Both the position numbers and the translations under genes were made by a program. Below the pieces are notes generated by a model. The model had not been told where the DNA came from. It worked only from the letters and a program-made list of their open reading frames with translations, and ran no database searches. From contig CAWDPZ010000011.1 in the NCBI GenBank assembly GCA_963804265.1, positions 2,242 to 66,241 on the forward strand: a DNA stretch of 64,000 bases, given 5' to 3'. Below, piece after piece: positions 39,932 through 50,172 of this stretch. The DNA is from an uncultured Acidimicrobiaceae bacterium (lineage in GTDB: Bacteria > Actinomycetota > Acidimicrobiia > Acidimicrobiales > Bog-793). The number at the start of each line of letters is the position of its first letter. The stretch's first letter is position 1.

Positions 39932-41013
39932 CGCGGGAGCTGACCATCGAGGACGCCCTCGACGCCGTGTGGGGCGGCTCGGTGCTCGCGAGCGGCGGGG
40001 GAGGCTGGGTCGATCACGGCATGATGATGGGCGAGCTGGCGACGAAGCTCGGGCGCCCTGTCCTCTCGCCCGTCGAGGCGCTCGACGACGACGACCTCGT
40101 CGTCACCGTCACCGCCATAGGCGCGCCGGCGGCGCCGAACAGGGAGATCCGCCCGCTCGACTACGTGCGGGCGCTCGAGCTCGTGGCCGATGAGCTCGAC
40201 AGGCCCGTGGTGGCCGTGATGACGGCGCAGAACGGCTCCTCGACGACCTTGAACGGCTGGATCCAGTCGGCGGTCCTCGGCGTGCTCGTGCTCGACGCGG
40301 CCGGCGACGTCCGGGCGCACCCGACCGGCAAGCTCGGCGCCATGGGACTTACGACCAGGCCCGGTTACGAGACGGTGCAAGCCGTCGCCGGGGGCAACCG
40401 CTCTCTCACGGGCGGCCTCGAGGTGGTCGTCCGCGGCCAGGTGATCGCGACCTCCGATGTGCTCCGCGACGTCTGCCAGCGCGCCGGCGGGTTCATCGCC
40501 GCCGCCCGGCACCCCGTCGAGGCCGCCTATGTCAAACAGCACGCCGCCCTCGGGGCGGTGGGGTACGCCCTTTCCCTCGGCTCGGCCATGCGGGCGGCGG
40601 CGGGCGCCGACGCGGTCATCGAGGCGGCGGTCGGGGCGACGGGCGGCCGTGTCGTCGCACGCGGACCCGTCCGGGAGGTGGAGCCGCTGCGGACCGCGGG
40701 CGGCTTCGACCACGGCGCCATCTCGGTCGACGGCCACGTCGTCCGCTACCTCAACGAGTACATGACGGTGGACGTCGACGGCGAGCGCATCTCCACCTAC
40801 CCGGACGTGATCGCCACGTTGTCGCTCGAGGACGGACGGCCCGTGTCGATCGCGGAGATGGCACCCGGACGCGAGATTGCGCTCTTTGTCGTCGACCGGT
40901 CCCAGCTTCCCCTTTCCTCGAGCACGCGCGATCGCTTCGCGCTCGAGGAGGTCGAACAGATCATGGGCGTCTCGCTCGTCGGCGACACCCGTGGCGAGGT
41001 GCGGCCGTCGTGA
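39928..41013 (+). CDS. DUF917-family protein (Pfam PF06032, hydantoinase-associated), a candidate thiohydantoin desulfurase
   Basis: The ATG at 39928 overlaps the upstream stop (ATGA). The protein (LTIEDALDAVWGGSVLASGGGGW...VTAIGAP...MTAQNGSSTT...DAAGDVRAHPTG) has the typical DUF917 layout. Only the last 361 codons of ORF 38626..41013 are genuine. Confidence 0.7.
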   Translation: MTRELTIEDALDAVWGGSVLASGGGGWVDHGMMMGELATKLGRPVLSPVEALDDDDLVVTVTAIGAPAAPNREIRPLDYVRALELVADELDRPVVAVMTAQNGSSTTLNGWIQSAVLGVLVLDAAGDVRAHPTGKLGAMGLTTRPGYETVQAVAGGNRSLTGGLEVVVRGQVIATSDVLRDVCQRAGGFIAAARHPVEAAYVKQHAALGAVGYALSLGSAMRAAAGADAVIEAAVGATGGRVVARGPVREVEPLRTAGGFDHGAISVDGHVVRYLNEYMTVDVDGERISTYPDVIATLSLEDGRPVSIAEMAPGREIALFVVDRSQLPLSSSTRDRFALEEVEQIMGVSLVGDTRGEVRPS

Positions 41014-42294
41014 GCGGGCCCGTCCAGCCGGACCTTGCCCGGCTCGCGGACGACCTCGAGGTGCTCTCGTCCTTCCGGGACCCGCAGGCCCCCGGCTGGA
41101 CGCGGCGCGTCTTCTCCAGCTCCGACCGGGCCGGACGCGAGTGGGTGGCGGCCAGGATGCAGGAGGCGGGCCTCAGCGTCAGGACGGACGCGGCCGCGAA
41201 CCTCATCGGCACCTTGCCCGGCACGGCCGGGGACCCGGGGGCGATCGTCACGGGCTCGCACACCGACACCGTGGACGGCGGCGGCCGCTTCGACGGCATC
41301 ATCGGGGTGCTCGGCGCCATCGAGATGGTCCGCTGCCTGCGCGAGACGGGAACCGAGCTCGCCCACGACCTGGTCGTCGTCGACTTCCTCGGCGAGGAGC
41401 CCAATGACTTCGGCTTGAGCTGCCTGGGCAGCCGGGCGATCGTGGGGGCGCTCGACGACGACCATCTCGCTCTCGTCGGTCCGGACGGGAGCACCCTCGC
41501 CGAGGCGATCGAGTCGGCCGGGGGCAGGCCTGCGGCATCGCGCAGGCGCGCTGGGGCGCCGACCTGCACTGTTATGTGGAGATGCACATCGAACAAGGTC
41601 CGGTGCTCGAGTCCGCTCGTGTCCCCATCGGCATCGTGTCGGGCGTCGCCGGCATCCACCGGTTGCTCGCGCACGTGGTCGGTCAGCCGGACCATGCCGG
41701 CACCACCCCGATGGAGCTCCGCCGGGACGCCCTTGCGGGCGCGGCCGAGGTGATCCTCGCGCGTCGAAGCGTCTCGCCGCCGGCGGCGTGGCGACGGTCG
41801 GCCGACTTGCCGTCCGACCCGGAGCCTTGAACGTCGTGCCCGCCGAGGCAGATCTGTGGGCCGAGGCGCGAAGCGCCGACGAGTCCTGGCTGAGCGAGTT
41901 CGGGCTCAAGCTGGCCGAGGAGCTCGAGGCCGTCGGCACCCGCCGGCAGCTGGGCACGTCTCTCAACTGGCTCTCGCGTCAGGCCCCGGTGCCTGTGACC
42001 GATTGGGTCGCGGCCGCGGTCGGCGAGGCGGCGGGACTGCAGGGACACGAAACGGTCAGCCTGCCGAGCGGCGCAGGGCACGACGCTTCCCACATGGCTC
42101 GCCTTGGTCCGATGGGCATGGTCTTCGTGCCCTCCCGGGCGGGCCGCAGCCATTGTCCGGAGGAGTGGACCGACGTCGAGGACATCGGCAAAGGCATCGC
42201 TGTACTTACAGGGACCGTTATAATCTGCGACAGGCGGGAGGGCCGCGCCACGGGCGGTGCATCGTGGGGAGGCGGTGCAACTGGCGGTGGATGA
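41010..42294 (+). CDS. M20-family N-carbamoyl-L-amino-acid / allantoate amidohydrolase, two frame breaks (~41535, ~41763)
   Basis: The GTG at 41010 overlaps the DUF917 stop (GTGA). Motifs TGSHTDTVDGGGRFDG, EMHIEQGPVLE, VGQPDHAGTTPM and LPSGAGHDASHM are spread over three frames. Confidence 0.75.
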
Positions 42295-43844
42295 GCGACT
42301 TGTCGAGCTGACTGGAGACGACCTGCAGGTCGAGGACGTCGTCGCAGTCGCCCGGGAGTGGGCGCGGGTGAACCTTTCGGATCAGGCGCTCCGTCGCATG
42401 CGCCGCGCCCGCGACGTGGTCGACGCCATCTTGGCAAGGGGCGAGACCGTCTACGGCCTCAACACGGGACTCGGCTCGTTCGCCCGTTTCAAGATCCCCG
42501 CAGAGCAGCTGGAGCAGTTCTCTTTTGACACCGTGGCTGACCTGACCTCCAGCTACGGGCGGCCTCTCCCGCGCGACGTGGTGCGGGCGATGATGGTCAC
42601 CCGGGCCAACGGCATGGCCAAAGCCGGCGTCGGCGTACGCTGCGAGCTGGCGCAACTGCTCGTGGACGTGCTCAACCGTGACGTCCACCCGGTGGTGAGA
42701 GAGGTGGGCTCGGTCGGGCAAGGCGACCTCTCCGAGATGTCCGACATCGGCAAGGTGCTCATCGGCATCGGCAACGCCGAAGTCGGTGGGGAGGTCATGA
42801 GCGGGAAGGCGGCCCTGGAGCGGGTGGGGCTGCGCCCGATCCAGCTCGCCCCGAAAGAGGCGCTCGCCCTCATCGGCGCCAACGGAGTGACCCTGGGCCG
42901 CGGCGCCCTCGTCCTGCACGACGTCGCCGATCTCGTCGACCTGCTGCAGGTGGCAGCCGCCTTGTCGCTGGAGGGCTTTGCCGGCAACCTCTCCATCATC
43001 CACCCGGGCACGAGCCTTCTCGGGCCTCAGCTCGGGCTTCCGCACGGCGGCCGAGCGGCTGCGCGAGGTGCTGGACGGCTCCTACCTCTGGGAGCCGGAT
43101 GCCGCCCGCAACCTGCAGGACCCGCTTTCTTTCCGCTGCGCCCCGAGAAGCCACGGTGCTCTGCACGACGCCCTCGGTTACGCGCGCCTCAGCCTCGAGG
43201 CCGAGCTCAACGCCGCCAACGACAATCCCCTCGTTCTCGTCGGCGAAGGCGTGATCGTCTCGGTCGGCAACTTCGACGTCGTCGGGCTCGGCATGGCCTT
43301 CGACCTGTTGCGCCTGGCGATCGCGAATGCGATCAAGGGCGCCAACGAACGTGTGCAGAAGCTGCTCTGGAACCACTTCAGCGGCCTTCCCAGCGCGCTC
43401 GCCTTCGCGCAGGGGCCGACGAACGGCCTGAAGCCGATGGGCCGGTGGTGCGCCGCCCTGGCCGCCGAGGCCCGCTCGCTCGGAAGGCCCGTGACGCTCG
43501 ACTACGGCGGGCAGGTGGCCGAAGGCGTCGAGGACGACGCGAGCATGGCGCCGCTCTCGGTGCGCCGCACCCACGAGCTCGTCTCCCTCGTCCACCGCAC
43601 GGTCGCGTACGAGCTCATCACAGCCGCTCAGGCGATCGACATGCGCGGTCGATGGCCGCTCGGGCGCGGGACCGCCGTCGCCTATCAGGCCGTACGCGAG
43701 TACGTGCCCATGCTCCACGACGTCCGCGGCTGGGACCCGGACATCGAGGGCCTGGTCGACGTCATCTCCCGAGGCGAGCTCGGCTCCCGTATCTCAGCCG
43801 AGATCGGCGGTCTCGGCAAGAGTCCCCATCTCGCGCTGTCCTGA
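42257..43844 (+). CDS. Histidine-ammonia-lyase-family lyase without the MIO-forming Ala-Ser-Gly (ergothionase candidate), frame broken near 43003
   Basis: HAL fold motifs are YGLNTGLG, NDNPLV, QDPLSFRC and GNFD. At the MIO position the sequence reads GSVGQGDLSEMS rather than GSVGASGDLAPL. The second half is in ORF 42978..43844. Alternative start: GTG at 42287. Confidence 0.8.
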
Positions 43845-43894
43845 GCAGAGCCGGATAGCGCCCGAGGCGGATCTCGAAGTTCCTGAGCCGAGCC

Positions 43895-45139
43895 TCACAG
43901 GTGCCCGATCCGGATGCCGCGCTCGGGCAGCCGGACATGGAATCCGAGCCACCCGATCACGAGGCCGGCGCCCAGCACCGCCTGGGAGATGGCGAAGGTG
44001 CCCCGCGCCCCGAAATGGCCGACGAGGGCGCCCGCCAGGAGCGGGCTCACCACTGTCGCAAGTGCCCAGACGAGGTTCAGGAGCCCCATCACGACACCGA
44101 GTCCCACACCGGCCCGGTTGGCCCCGGAAGCGCCGAGGGGATAGCCGACGGCCCAGAGGACCGAACGAATGGCAGAGGTGGCGCACAGCATCAACACGAC
44201 GCAGACCGGTGCGCTGCTGGCGGTGGCCGGCGAGACGACGAAGGCGAGGACGAGGCCGGCGCCGAGCACGGTCTTCAGCCGGACGGCGCGCATCCCGACG
44301 CGTTTGGTGGCCATGCTGCCGACGATGAAAAGCACGGCGGCGACCGAGAACGCCACCCCGATCGTGCCGTCCGACGCGCCCGATGCATGCAGCTCGAGCG
44401 GGGCCAGCAGCGTCACGAGAGCAGCGCTCGCGCCCGCGACGGCCACGGCGACACTCGCCCCGAGCACCCTCGGGTCACCGGAGGCGGAACGGATGCTGGC
44501 GAGAACGCCGATTGGCTCGAAGGAGCTGACACCTTCGAGATCGACGGCCGTCAACAGGAGCGTCACGACGGTCGTCAGGACGGCCGCGACGACGAGCGGG
44601 GCCGCGAGGCCGAAGTACTGGGCGAGGATTCCGGCGAAAGCCGGTCCGGCGATGCAGCCGAACCCGGAGGCCGTGATGGTTCCCGTCATCGTCGTCTCGT
44701 CGTCGCAGGCCCTTGTGAGCCAGGTCAGGGCCGATGTCCACACGATGCCGTAGCCGAGGCCGAAGACGAAACGGGTCATCGAGCAAGAACGCGAACGAGG
44801 GGGCGAACGCCTGGCCCAGGGTCGAGGCGACGAGGAGCCAGCCGGACCACAACGTCAGCACCCGGGCACCGAAACGATCGGAGAGGGCCCCCGCCGGCAG
44901 CGAGATGACGAGGGCCGCGACGCCGGTGGCGGCGAGGAGCTCTGCTACCTGCACGCTGCCGAGCTGGAACCGCTCCTGGTAGGCGGGCAGGAGCGGGGCG
45001 ATGGCGGACTGCAGGACCGAGCTCAAGAGCGCCAGCGCGTAGACGAGGAGACGCAGCCGGCCGACCCGGGGATCCCCGCCGGCCTCGCCCGCCGCCGCCG
45101 CCCTTCCGGGTCGGCCACGTTGTCAGGTGTCTCGATCAT
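43895..45139 (-). CDS. MFS transporter, two frame breaks (~45100, ~44781)
   Basis: About 12 predicted hydrophobic helices are spread over ORFs 44475..45026 and 43895..44779. The ATG at 45139 (MIETPDNVADP..) is in a third frame. There is an MFS loop-like motif LSDRFGAR. Confidence 0.7.
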
Positions 45140-45308
45140 CTGTCGTCTTCTCGTAATGTCCCAGCTCCATCTACCATCTAACGGACGCTGGACTCTTCCC
45201 ACTTCCAGTATTTTACGACAACTAAGGTCGCTACTAAACTGAATATTTGATGCCAGAACGATCGGTGTGGTCGATCGATAAAGGGGTCGGTCTCGCGAGC
45301 TGCGGGCC
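45140..45308. promoter_or_regulatory. AT-rich divergent promoter/operator region between the MFS and LysR genes
   Basis: This is locally the lowest GC in the window (..CAGTATTTTACGACAACTAAGGTCGCTACTAAACTGAATATTTGATGCC..). It contains T-N11-A-type half sites and lies between divergent genes. Confidence 0.4.
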
Positions 45309-46179
45309 TTGCTGGCGGTCGCCGACCTCGGCTCGTTTCGGCGGGCGGCCTCCGAGCTCGGCTACACCCAGTCTTCGATCTCGCATCAGGTCGCCGCTCT
45401 AGAACGCGCTCTCGGTACCGAACTGTTCACCCGACCGGGCGGACGGGGAGCGGTCAAGCTCACCGCTGCCGGCGCGGCCGCTTACCGACGGGCCGCGGCG
45501 CGCCCTCGGGGAGGTGGAGGCCATCGGCGCCGACGTCGAGTCGACCGCCCGGGGCGAGCGGACGCGTATCCGAGTCGGCGTCTCCCAGACCGCGGCCGCC
45601 GAGGTGATGCCGGCCGCCCTGCGCTCGTTTCGCGAGACCTACCCCGACGTCGAGGTGATCCTGAGCGAGATCGAGGAGATCCAGGCCATCATGAGCGGCC
45701 TCGGACGCGGGAGGCTGGACCTCGCCTTCGCCCTCAACCCCGAGCCCGACGAGCGTGTGGAGGCGATCCCGCTCCTCGAGGATCCGTGGGTGATCCTGAC
45801 CCGACGCGACAGCTCGCTGGGCGACGTCGAACATCCGAGCTTCGACCTCCTCGACGGGAGGCAGCTCGTCGCCTGGACGCGACGCTGGAGCAGCCAGCTC
45901 GAGCTGGAGGAAGCGTGGCGCCGGCGCGGAATCGCGCCGCGCATCGTCTATCGGACAGACGACAACCTCGCGTTGCAGCGCCTCGTGGCCGCCGGCCTCG
46001 GCCATGCCTGCATCGGGCGCATCGCGGCCCGGCGGGCGATCGACTCCTCGCTCACGTGGCTCGCGCCCCGCGAGCGCCTGACGACTCGCCAGATGGCGTT
46101 GTGCTACCCGCGGCACCGGGCCATCACGGGGCCCGTTTCTTCTCTGATCTCGGCGATCCGGGCCCACTCGGACGGCTGA
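45309..46179 (+). CDS. LysR-family transcriptional regulator, frame broken near 45495. The start is unresolved (probably another break near 45292).
   Basis: The HTH is LAVADLGSFRRAASELGYTQSSISHQVAALE. The substrate-binding domain is in ORF 45514..46179. In frame there is no start codon between the TAA at 45279 and the conserved LRALLAV. GTG 45265 and ATG 45250 lie in the neighbouring frame. Confidence 0.7.
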
Positions 46180-46298
46180 GCCCAACTGCGGTTTGCCGGG
46201 AGCTTCGGCCCGCAGGAGGACGAGCCGGGCCGAGGCGACGGGGATATGAAGTGGTGCCGGCCGAGCGTCGACAGGACTCGGGCCCGATCTGCTCGCAG

Positions 46299-47743
46299 TC
46301 AGTCGCCGAGCTCGGCCCGCCGCCGCGCGACATAGTCCTCGAGCTCCTCGCGGATGGAGTCGTCGAGCGGAGGCTGCTCGTACTCGTCCAGTGCCTTCTC
46401 GTAGATCGCCTTCGCCCGGGCGGCAGCGTCGAGAGCGCCCTGGCGTGACCAGCGTTCGAAGTTCATGGAGGACGAGAGCAGGGGGCGGTAGAAGCACTCA
46501 CGGAACCGGTCCATCGTGTGGGCGGCGCCGAAGAAGTGGCCGCCGTGGCCGACCTCGAGGTGGGCGTCGAAGGCAAGTGCGGCCTCGTCGATCTCGAGGG
46601 GGGTGAACTCCACCCGCAGCATCCTCAGCAGCTCGAGGTCGATGATGAACTTCTCGTAGCTGCTGACGAGGCCGCCTTCCAGCCAGCCGGCCGAGTGCAT
46701 GACCCAGTTCGTGCCCGCCAGGAACGTCGGCAACAAGGTCATGAGGGCCTCGTAGGCGGCCTGGGCGTCGGGAGTCTGGCTCGAGGTGAGGCACCCGCCG
46801 GTTCGAAACGGCAGGCCGTAATGTCTGGCGAGCTGCCCGGTGCAAAGAGCCCGATGGCCGATTCGGGCGTCCCGAAGCACGGCGAGCCCGACTGCATGTC
46901 GATGTTGGAAAGGAACGACCCGAAGATGACGGGGCATCCGGGCCTGATGAGCTGGGCGAGGGCGATCCCCGACAGCGCCTCTGCCAACTGCTGGGCGAGG
47001 GCCGCCGGGATCGTCACCGGGGACATCGCCCCCATGAGCAGAAAGGGCGTCAGGACAACCGGCTGGTTGGCGAGGTTGTACTCGAACTGCGCGTCGAGCA
47101 TCCGGTCGTCCCAGCGCAAGGGTGAATTGCAGTTGATGAGCGAGATCGTCGCAGGTGTCTCCTCGATCGTCTCGCGACCGCCGAAGAGGATCTCGGTCAT
47201 CCTGATCGTGTCGAGGGCGTTCGGCCCGGAGACGACGCTGCCCATGTAGATCTTGTCGGTCAAGGTCTGCAGGGCGAAGATCATGTCGAGGTGCCGCGAG
47301 TCGAGCGGGGCGTCGTTCGGCTCGCAGATCACGCCGCCGGCCGAGTCGAGCTCGGGGAAGCTCTGGGCGAGCATGGAGAACCGACGGAAGTCGGACATCG
47401 TTGCGTCCCTGCGGACGTCGCCTTCCCTCACGAACGGCGGCCCGTACACGCCGCCGAAGACCATGTGGTCGCCGCCGATGTGAACCGTGTTCGTGGGATT
47501 GCGCGCCTGCACGTCGAATTCCCGCGGCGCCTTCGCGACTTGCTCGAGCACGAAGTCGGGGTCGAGCCAGACCGTCTGGTCGTCCACTTTCTGCCCCGCC
47601 CGTCGGAACAGCTCGATCGCCTCCGGCTTGACGAACTGGACCCCGATCTCCGACACGATGCGCCGCCAGCCGCGGTCGAGCACCTCGATCGCGTCGGGGG
47701 AAAGCAGCTCGTAACGGGCCATCTTGTTGACGAACATCGCCAC
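46299..47743 (-). CDS. MttB-superfamily (trimethylamine methyltransferase family) corrinoid-dependent methyltransferase, non-pyrrolysine type (MtgB-like), frame broken near 46858
   Basis: The N-terminus YELLSPDAIEVLDRGWRRIVSEIGV is followed by LINCNSPLRWD and FLLMGAMSPVT. The reading continues as ALCTGQLARHYGLPFRTGG...HSAGWLEGGLVSSYEKFIIDLELL in ORF 46299..46937. There is no in-frame TAG. The start is ambiguous (47743, 47737 or 47722). Confidence 0.85.
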
Positions 47744-47765
47744 CTCACTTCACGCGGTCCCCGCC

Positions 47766-47812
47766 TTGACGCTCTTGGCCGGGCATTTTAGACTCACATA
47801 GTAGAACTATGT
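47766..47812 (+). promoter_or_regulatory. Putative promoter (-35 TTGACG, 17-nt spacer, -10 TAGACT) followed by a perfect palindrome overlapping the IclR start codon
   Basis: TTGACG lies at 47766-47771 and TAGACT at 47789-47794. ACATAGT-aga-ACTATGT at 47796-47812 contains the ATG at 47809. This implies a leaderless or near-leaderless transcript. Confidence 0.4.
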
Positions 47813-48625
47813 CTCGCAAAATGGAACAGAGCCAGCAACAGAGCCAGCTGAGTGCCGTGGCCCGGCCGACCGGGTCACAAGCCATCGACCGCGCCGCGGG
47901 CCTTCTGTGCCTGGTCGTCGATGCCTCCGACCCCGTGACGTTCACCGAGCTCGCCAAATCGAGCGGTCTGGCAAAGAGCACAACTTCTCGCATCTTGTTG
48001 GCTCTCGAGCGCAACGGGCTCGTGCGACGCGAGCCCGGCGGAGCCTTCAGGCCCGGCGACGCCTTCGTGCGCTATGCGCTCAGGTCCAACACCGAGACGG
48101 ATCTCGCCCGGCCTCGCCCGCCCGTACCTCGAGAGACTCGGCGAGCTGACCAGAGAGACGATCAATCTGGGCGTCGTCCACGGCGCCATGGTGGAACAGA
48201 TCGCTCAGATCGACAGCCACTACGTCCTCGGCGGGACCAACTGGCTGGGCCGCTCGGAGCCCTTGCACTGCACGGCTCTCGGCAAGGTGCTCGTTGCCTT
48301 CGGTGCCGCCGAGCTGCCGCCCGGTCGGCTGCTGCGCCTGGCGCCGAAGACGGTCACCCGCCGGTCTGTCCTCGAGGCCGAGCTGGCCGAGGTCCGCCGC
48401 CGCGGGTACGCCCTGGCCGACGAGGAGCTGGAGCCCGGGCTCGTCGCCGTCGCGGCGCCCGTGCGAGGGGAAGGTCGTGCCGCCTCAGCCGCCGTTTCGG
48501 TCTCGGGGCCTTCCACGCGCCTCGGGCCGACCCGATTGACCGAAGTAGCCGCGCAGTGCATGGCCGCAGCCGACGCCCTGTCTGCCGCGCTCGGCCACCG
48601 ACCACAGAGGAAGGGTGCAGCGTGA
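47809..48625 (+). CDS. IclR-family transcriptional regulator, frame broken near 48100
   Basis: The HTH is FTELAKSSGLAKSTTSRILLALERNGLV. The effector domain (LARPYLERLGELTRETINLGVV...VSVSGP) is in ORF 48074..48625. Confidence 0.7.
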
Positions 48626-49287
48626 ACAAGGACGAGCTTCTCAAGCAGATGTACGACGACACTCTTGTCGGCAACGCACCGGCTGTGCTCGAGCTCACCA
48701 ATGCCGGGCTCGCGATGGGGCTCAACCCCGAGACGCTGCTCTTCGAGGCGCTCATTCCCTCTCTCGAAGAAGTGGGAGCCCGCTTCGAGCGGGGCGACTT
48801 CTTCGTACCGGAGATGCTCATCGCCGGGCGGGCGATGGCAGGGGCCCTCGAGGTGCTGAGGCCGCTCCTGGCCGAGACCGGGGTCGAGCCGGTCGGCACT
48901 TTCGTCATGGGTACGGTCAAGGGCGACGTGCACGACATCGGGAAGAACCTCGTGAACATCATGCTCGAGGGTGCCGGTTTCCACGTCATCGACCTCGGCG
49001 TGCAGGTGGCGCCGGAGAAGTTCATCGAGGCCGTCAAGGAGCACAAGCCCGACATCGTCGGCTTCTCCGCCTTTTTGACCACGACGATGCCGATGTTCAA
49101 GGCGAACATCAACGCCCTCGAGAAGGCGGGACTGCGCGACCAGGTGATCGTGATGGTCGGCGGAGCGCCGGTCACCCAGGAGTACGCCGACGCGGTGGGG
49201 GCGGACGGCTACGCTTCGGACGCGTCGGCGGCGGTGAGCCGGGCCAAGGACCTAATGGCCCGCAGGGGCGCCGTCGCCCCTTCCTAG
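48622..49287 (+). CDS. Cobalamin-binding corrinoid protein (MtgC/MttC-like)
   Basis: The GTG at 48622 overlaps the IclR stop (GTGA) and follows GAGGAAGGG. It has an N-terminal four-helix cap, the B12 motif GDVHDIGKN (DxHxxG), then SAFLTTT and GGAP. Confidence 0.85.
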   Translation: MNKDELLKQMYDDTLVGNAPAVLELTNAGLAMGLNPETLLFEALIPSLEEVGARFERGDFFVPEMLIAGRAMAGALEVLRPLLAETGVEPVGTFVMGTVKGDVHDIGKNLVNIMLEGAGFHVIDLGVQVAPEKFIEAVKEHKPDIVGFSAFLTTTMPMFKANINALEKAGLRDQVIVMVGGAPVTQEYADAVGADGYASDASAAVSRAKDLMARRGAVAPS

Positions 49288-49309
49288 CGGGCTACGGTCG
49301 AGACCAGCC

Positions 49310-50172
49310 ATGCACACGGTTCTGCGCTCCGCCTCCCGGCAAGTCGTGATCGGCGACGACCAACCCTTTTGCATCATCGGCGAGCGCATCAACCCCACCG
49401 GCCGCAAGATCTTCCAGGAGCAGTTGCGCGCCGGCGACCTGTCGCGCATCGAGATCGACGTGGCCCAGCAGGTTGCCGGAGGCGCCATGGTGCTCGACGT
49501 GAACATGGGAGTCCCCCTCGGGGACGAGGTGGCCCTCATGATCCAGGCCGTGAAGCTGATCCAGAGCATCACGGATCTGCCGCTTTGCATCGACTCGTCG
49601 GTCATCGAGGCGCTCGAGGCCGGGCTTTCGACCTACGACGGCAAGGCCCTCGTCAACTCGGTCACCGCAGAGGACGAGCGGCTGGAGGCGATCCTGCCCG
49701 CTCGTCAAGCGATACGGGGCGGCGGTCATCGCGCTCCCCAACGACGAGAACGAGATCCCCGAGCAGCCGGAGCGGCGTCTCGAGCTTGCCCGCAAGATCG
49801 TCGAGGTCGCGACGGGCACTTACGGCATCGCCGAGGAGGACATCGTGCTCGACCCCTTGGCGATGCCCATCGGCGCGGACACCACGCCTCGTCGTGAGGA
49901 CATTGGAGACGATCTCTCTCGTCCACGACGAGCTCGGCCTGAACATGACACTCGGTGCTTCGAACGTGTCGTTCGGGATGCCCGACCGTGAGACGATCGG
50001 GGCCTCGTTCCTCTCCATGGCGATGCGCTCGGGACTCACGAGCGCCATCATGGACGCCCGCTCGCCTCATCTCGTGCGGGCTGTCAAAGCCGCCGACCTC
50101 GTGCTCGACCGGGACCCGTGGGGGGCCTCCTGGATCGCCGCCCACCGGTCCAAGCAAGCGGCGGGCCAATGA
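49310..50172 (+). CDS. Pterin-binding methyltransferase (methyl-corrinoid:tetrahydrofolate methyltransferase, MtgA/MetH-pterin-domain-like), two frame breaks (~49700, ~49887)
   Basis: IGERINPTG, LDVNMG and IDSS are in the first frame. LVKRYGAAVIALPNDE...DPLAMPIG is in the second. GASNVSFGMPDR is in the third. Confidence 0.75.

Noticed and set aside
38626-41013. 795-aa ORF spanning hutU2 and the DUF917 gene
   Set aside because: The first ~434 codons are out-of-frame overlap with the urocanase paralogue and are Arg-rich nonsense. Only the part from the ATG at 39928 matches DUF917. The same logic applies to the N-terminal extensions of ORFs 12718..14349, 15506..17509, 24277..26688 and 47809..49287.
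42206-42224. TTACAG ... TATAAT promoter-like hexamers
   Set aside because: The spacer is only 7 nt and the site is inside the M20 hydrolase coding region.
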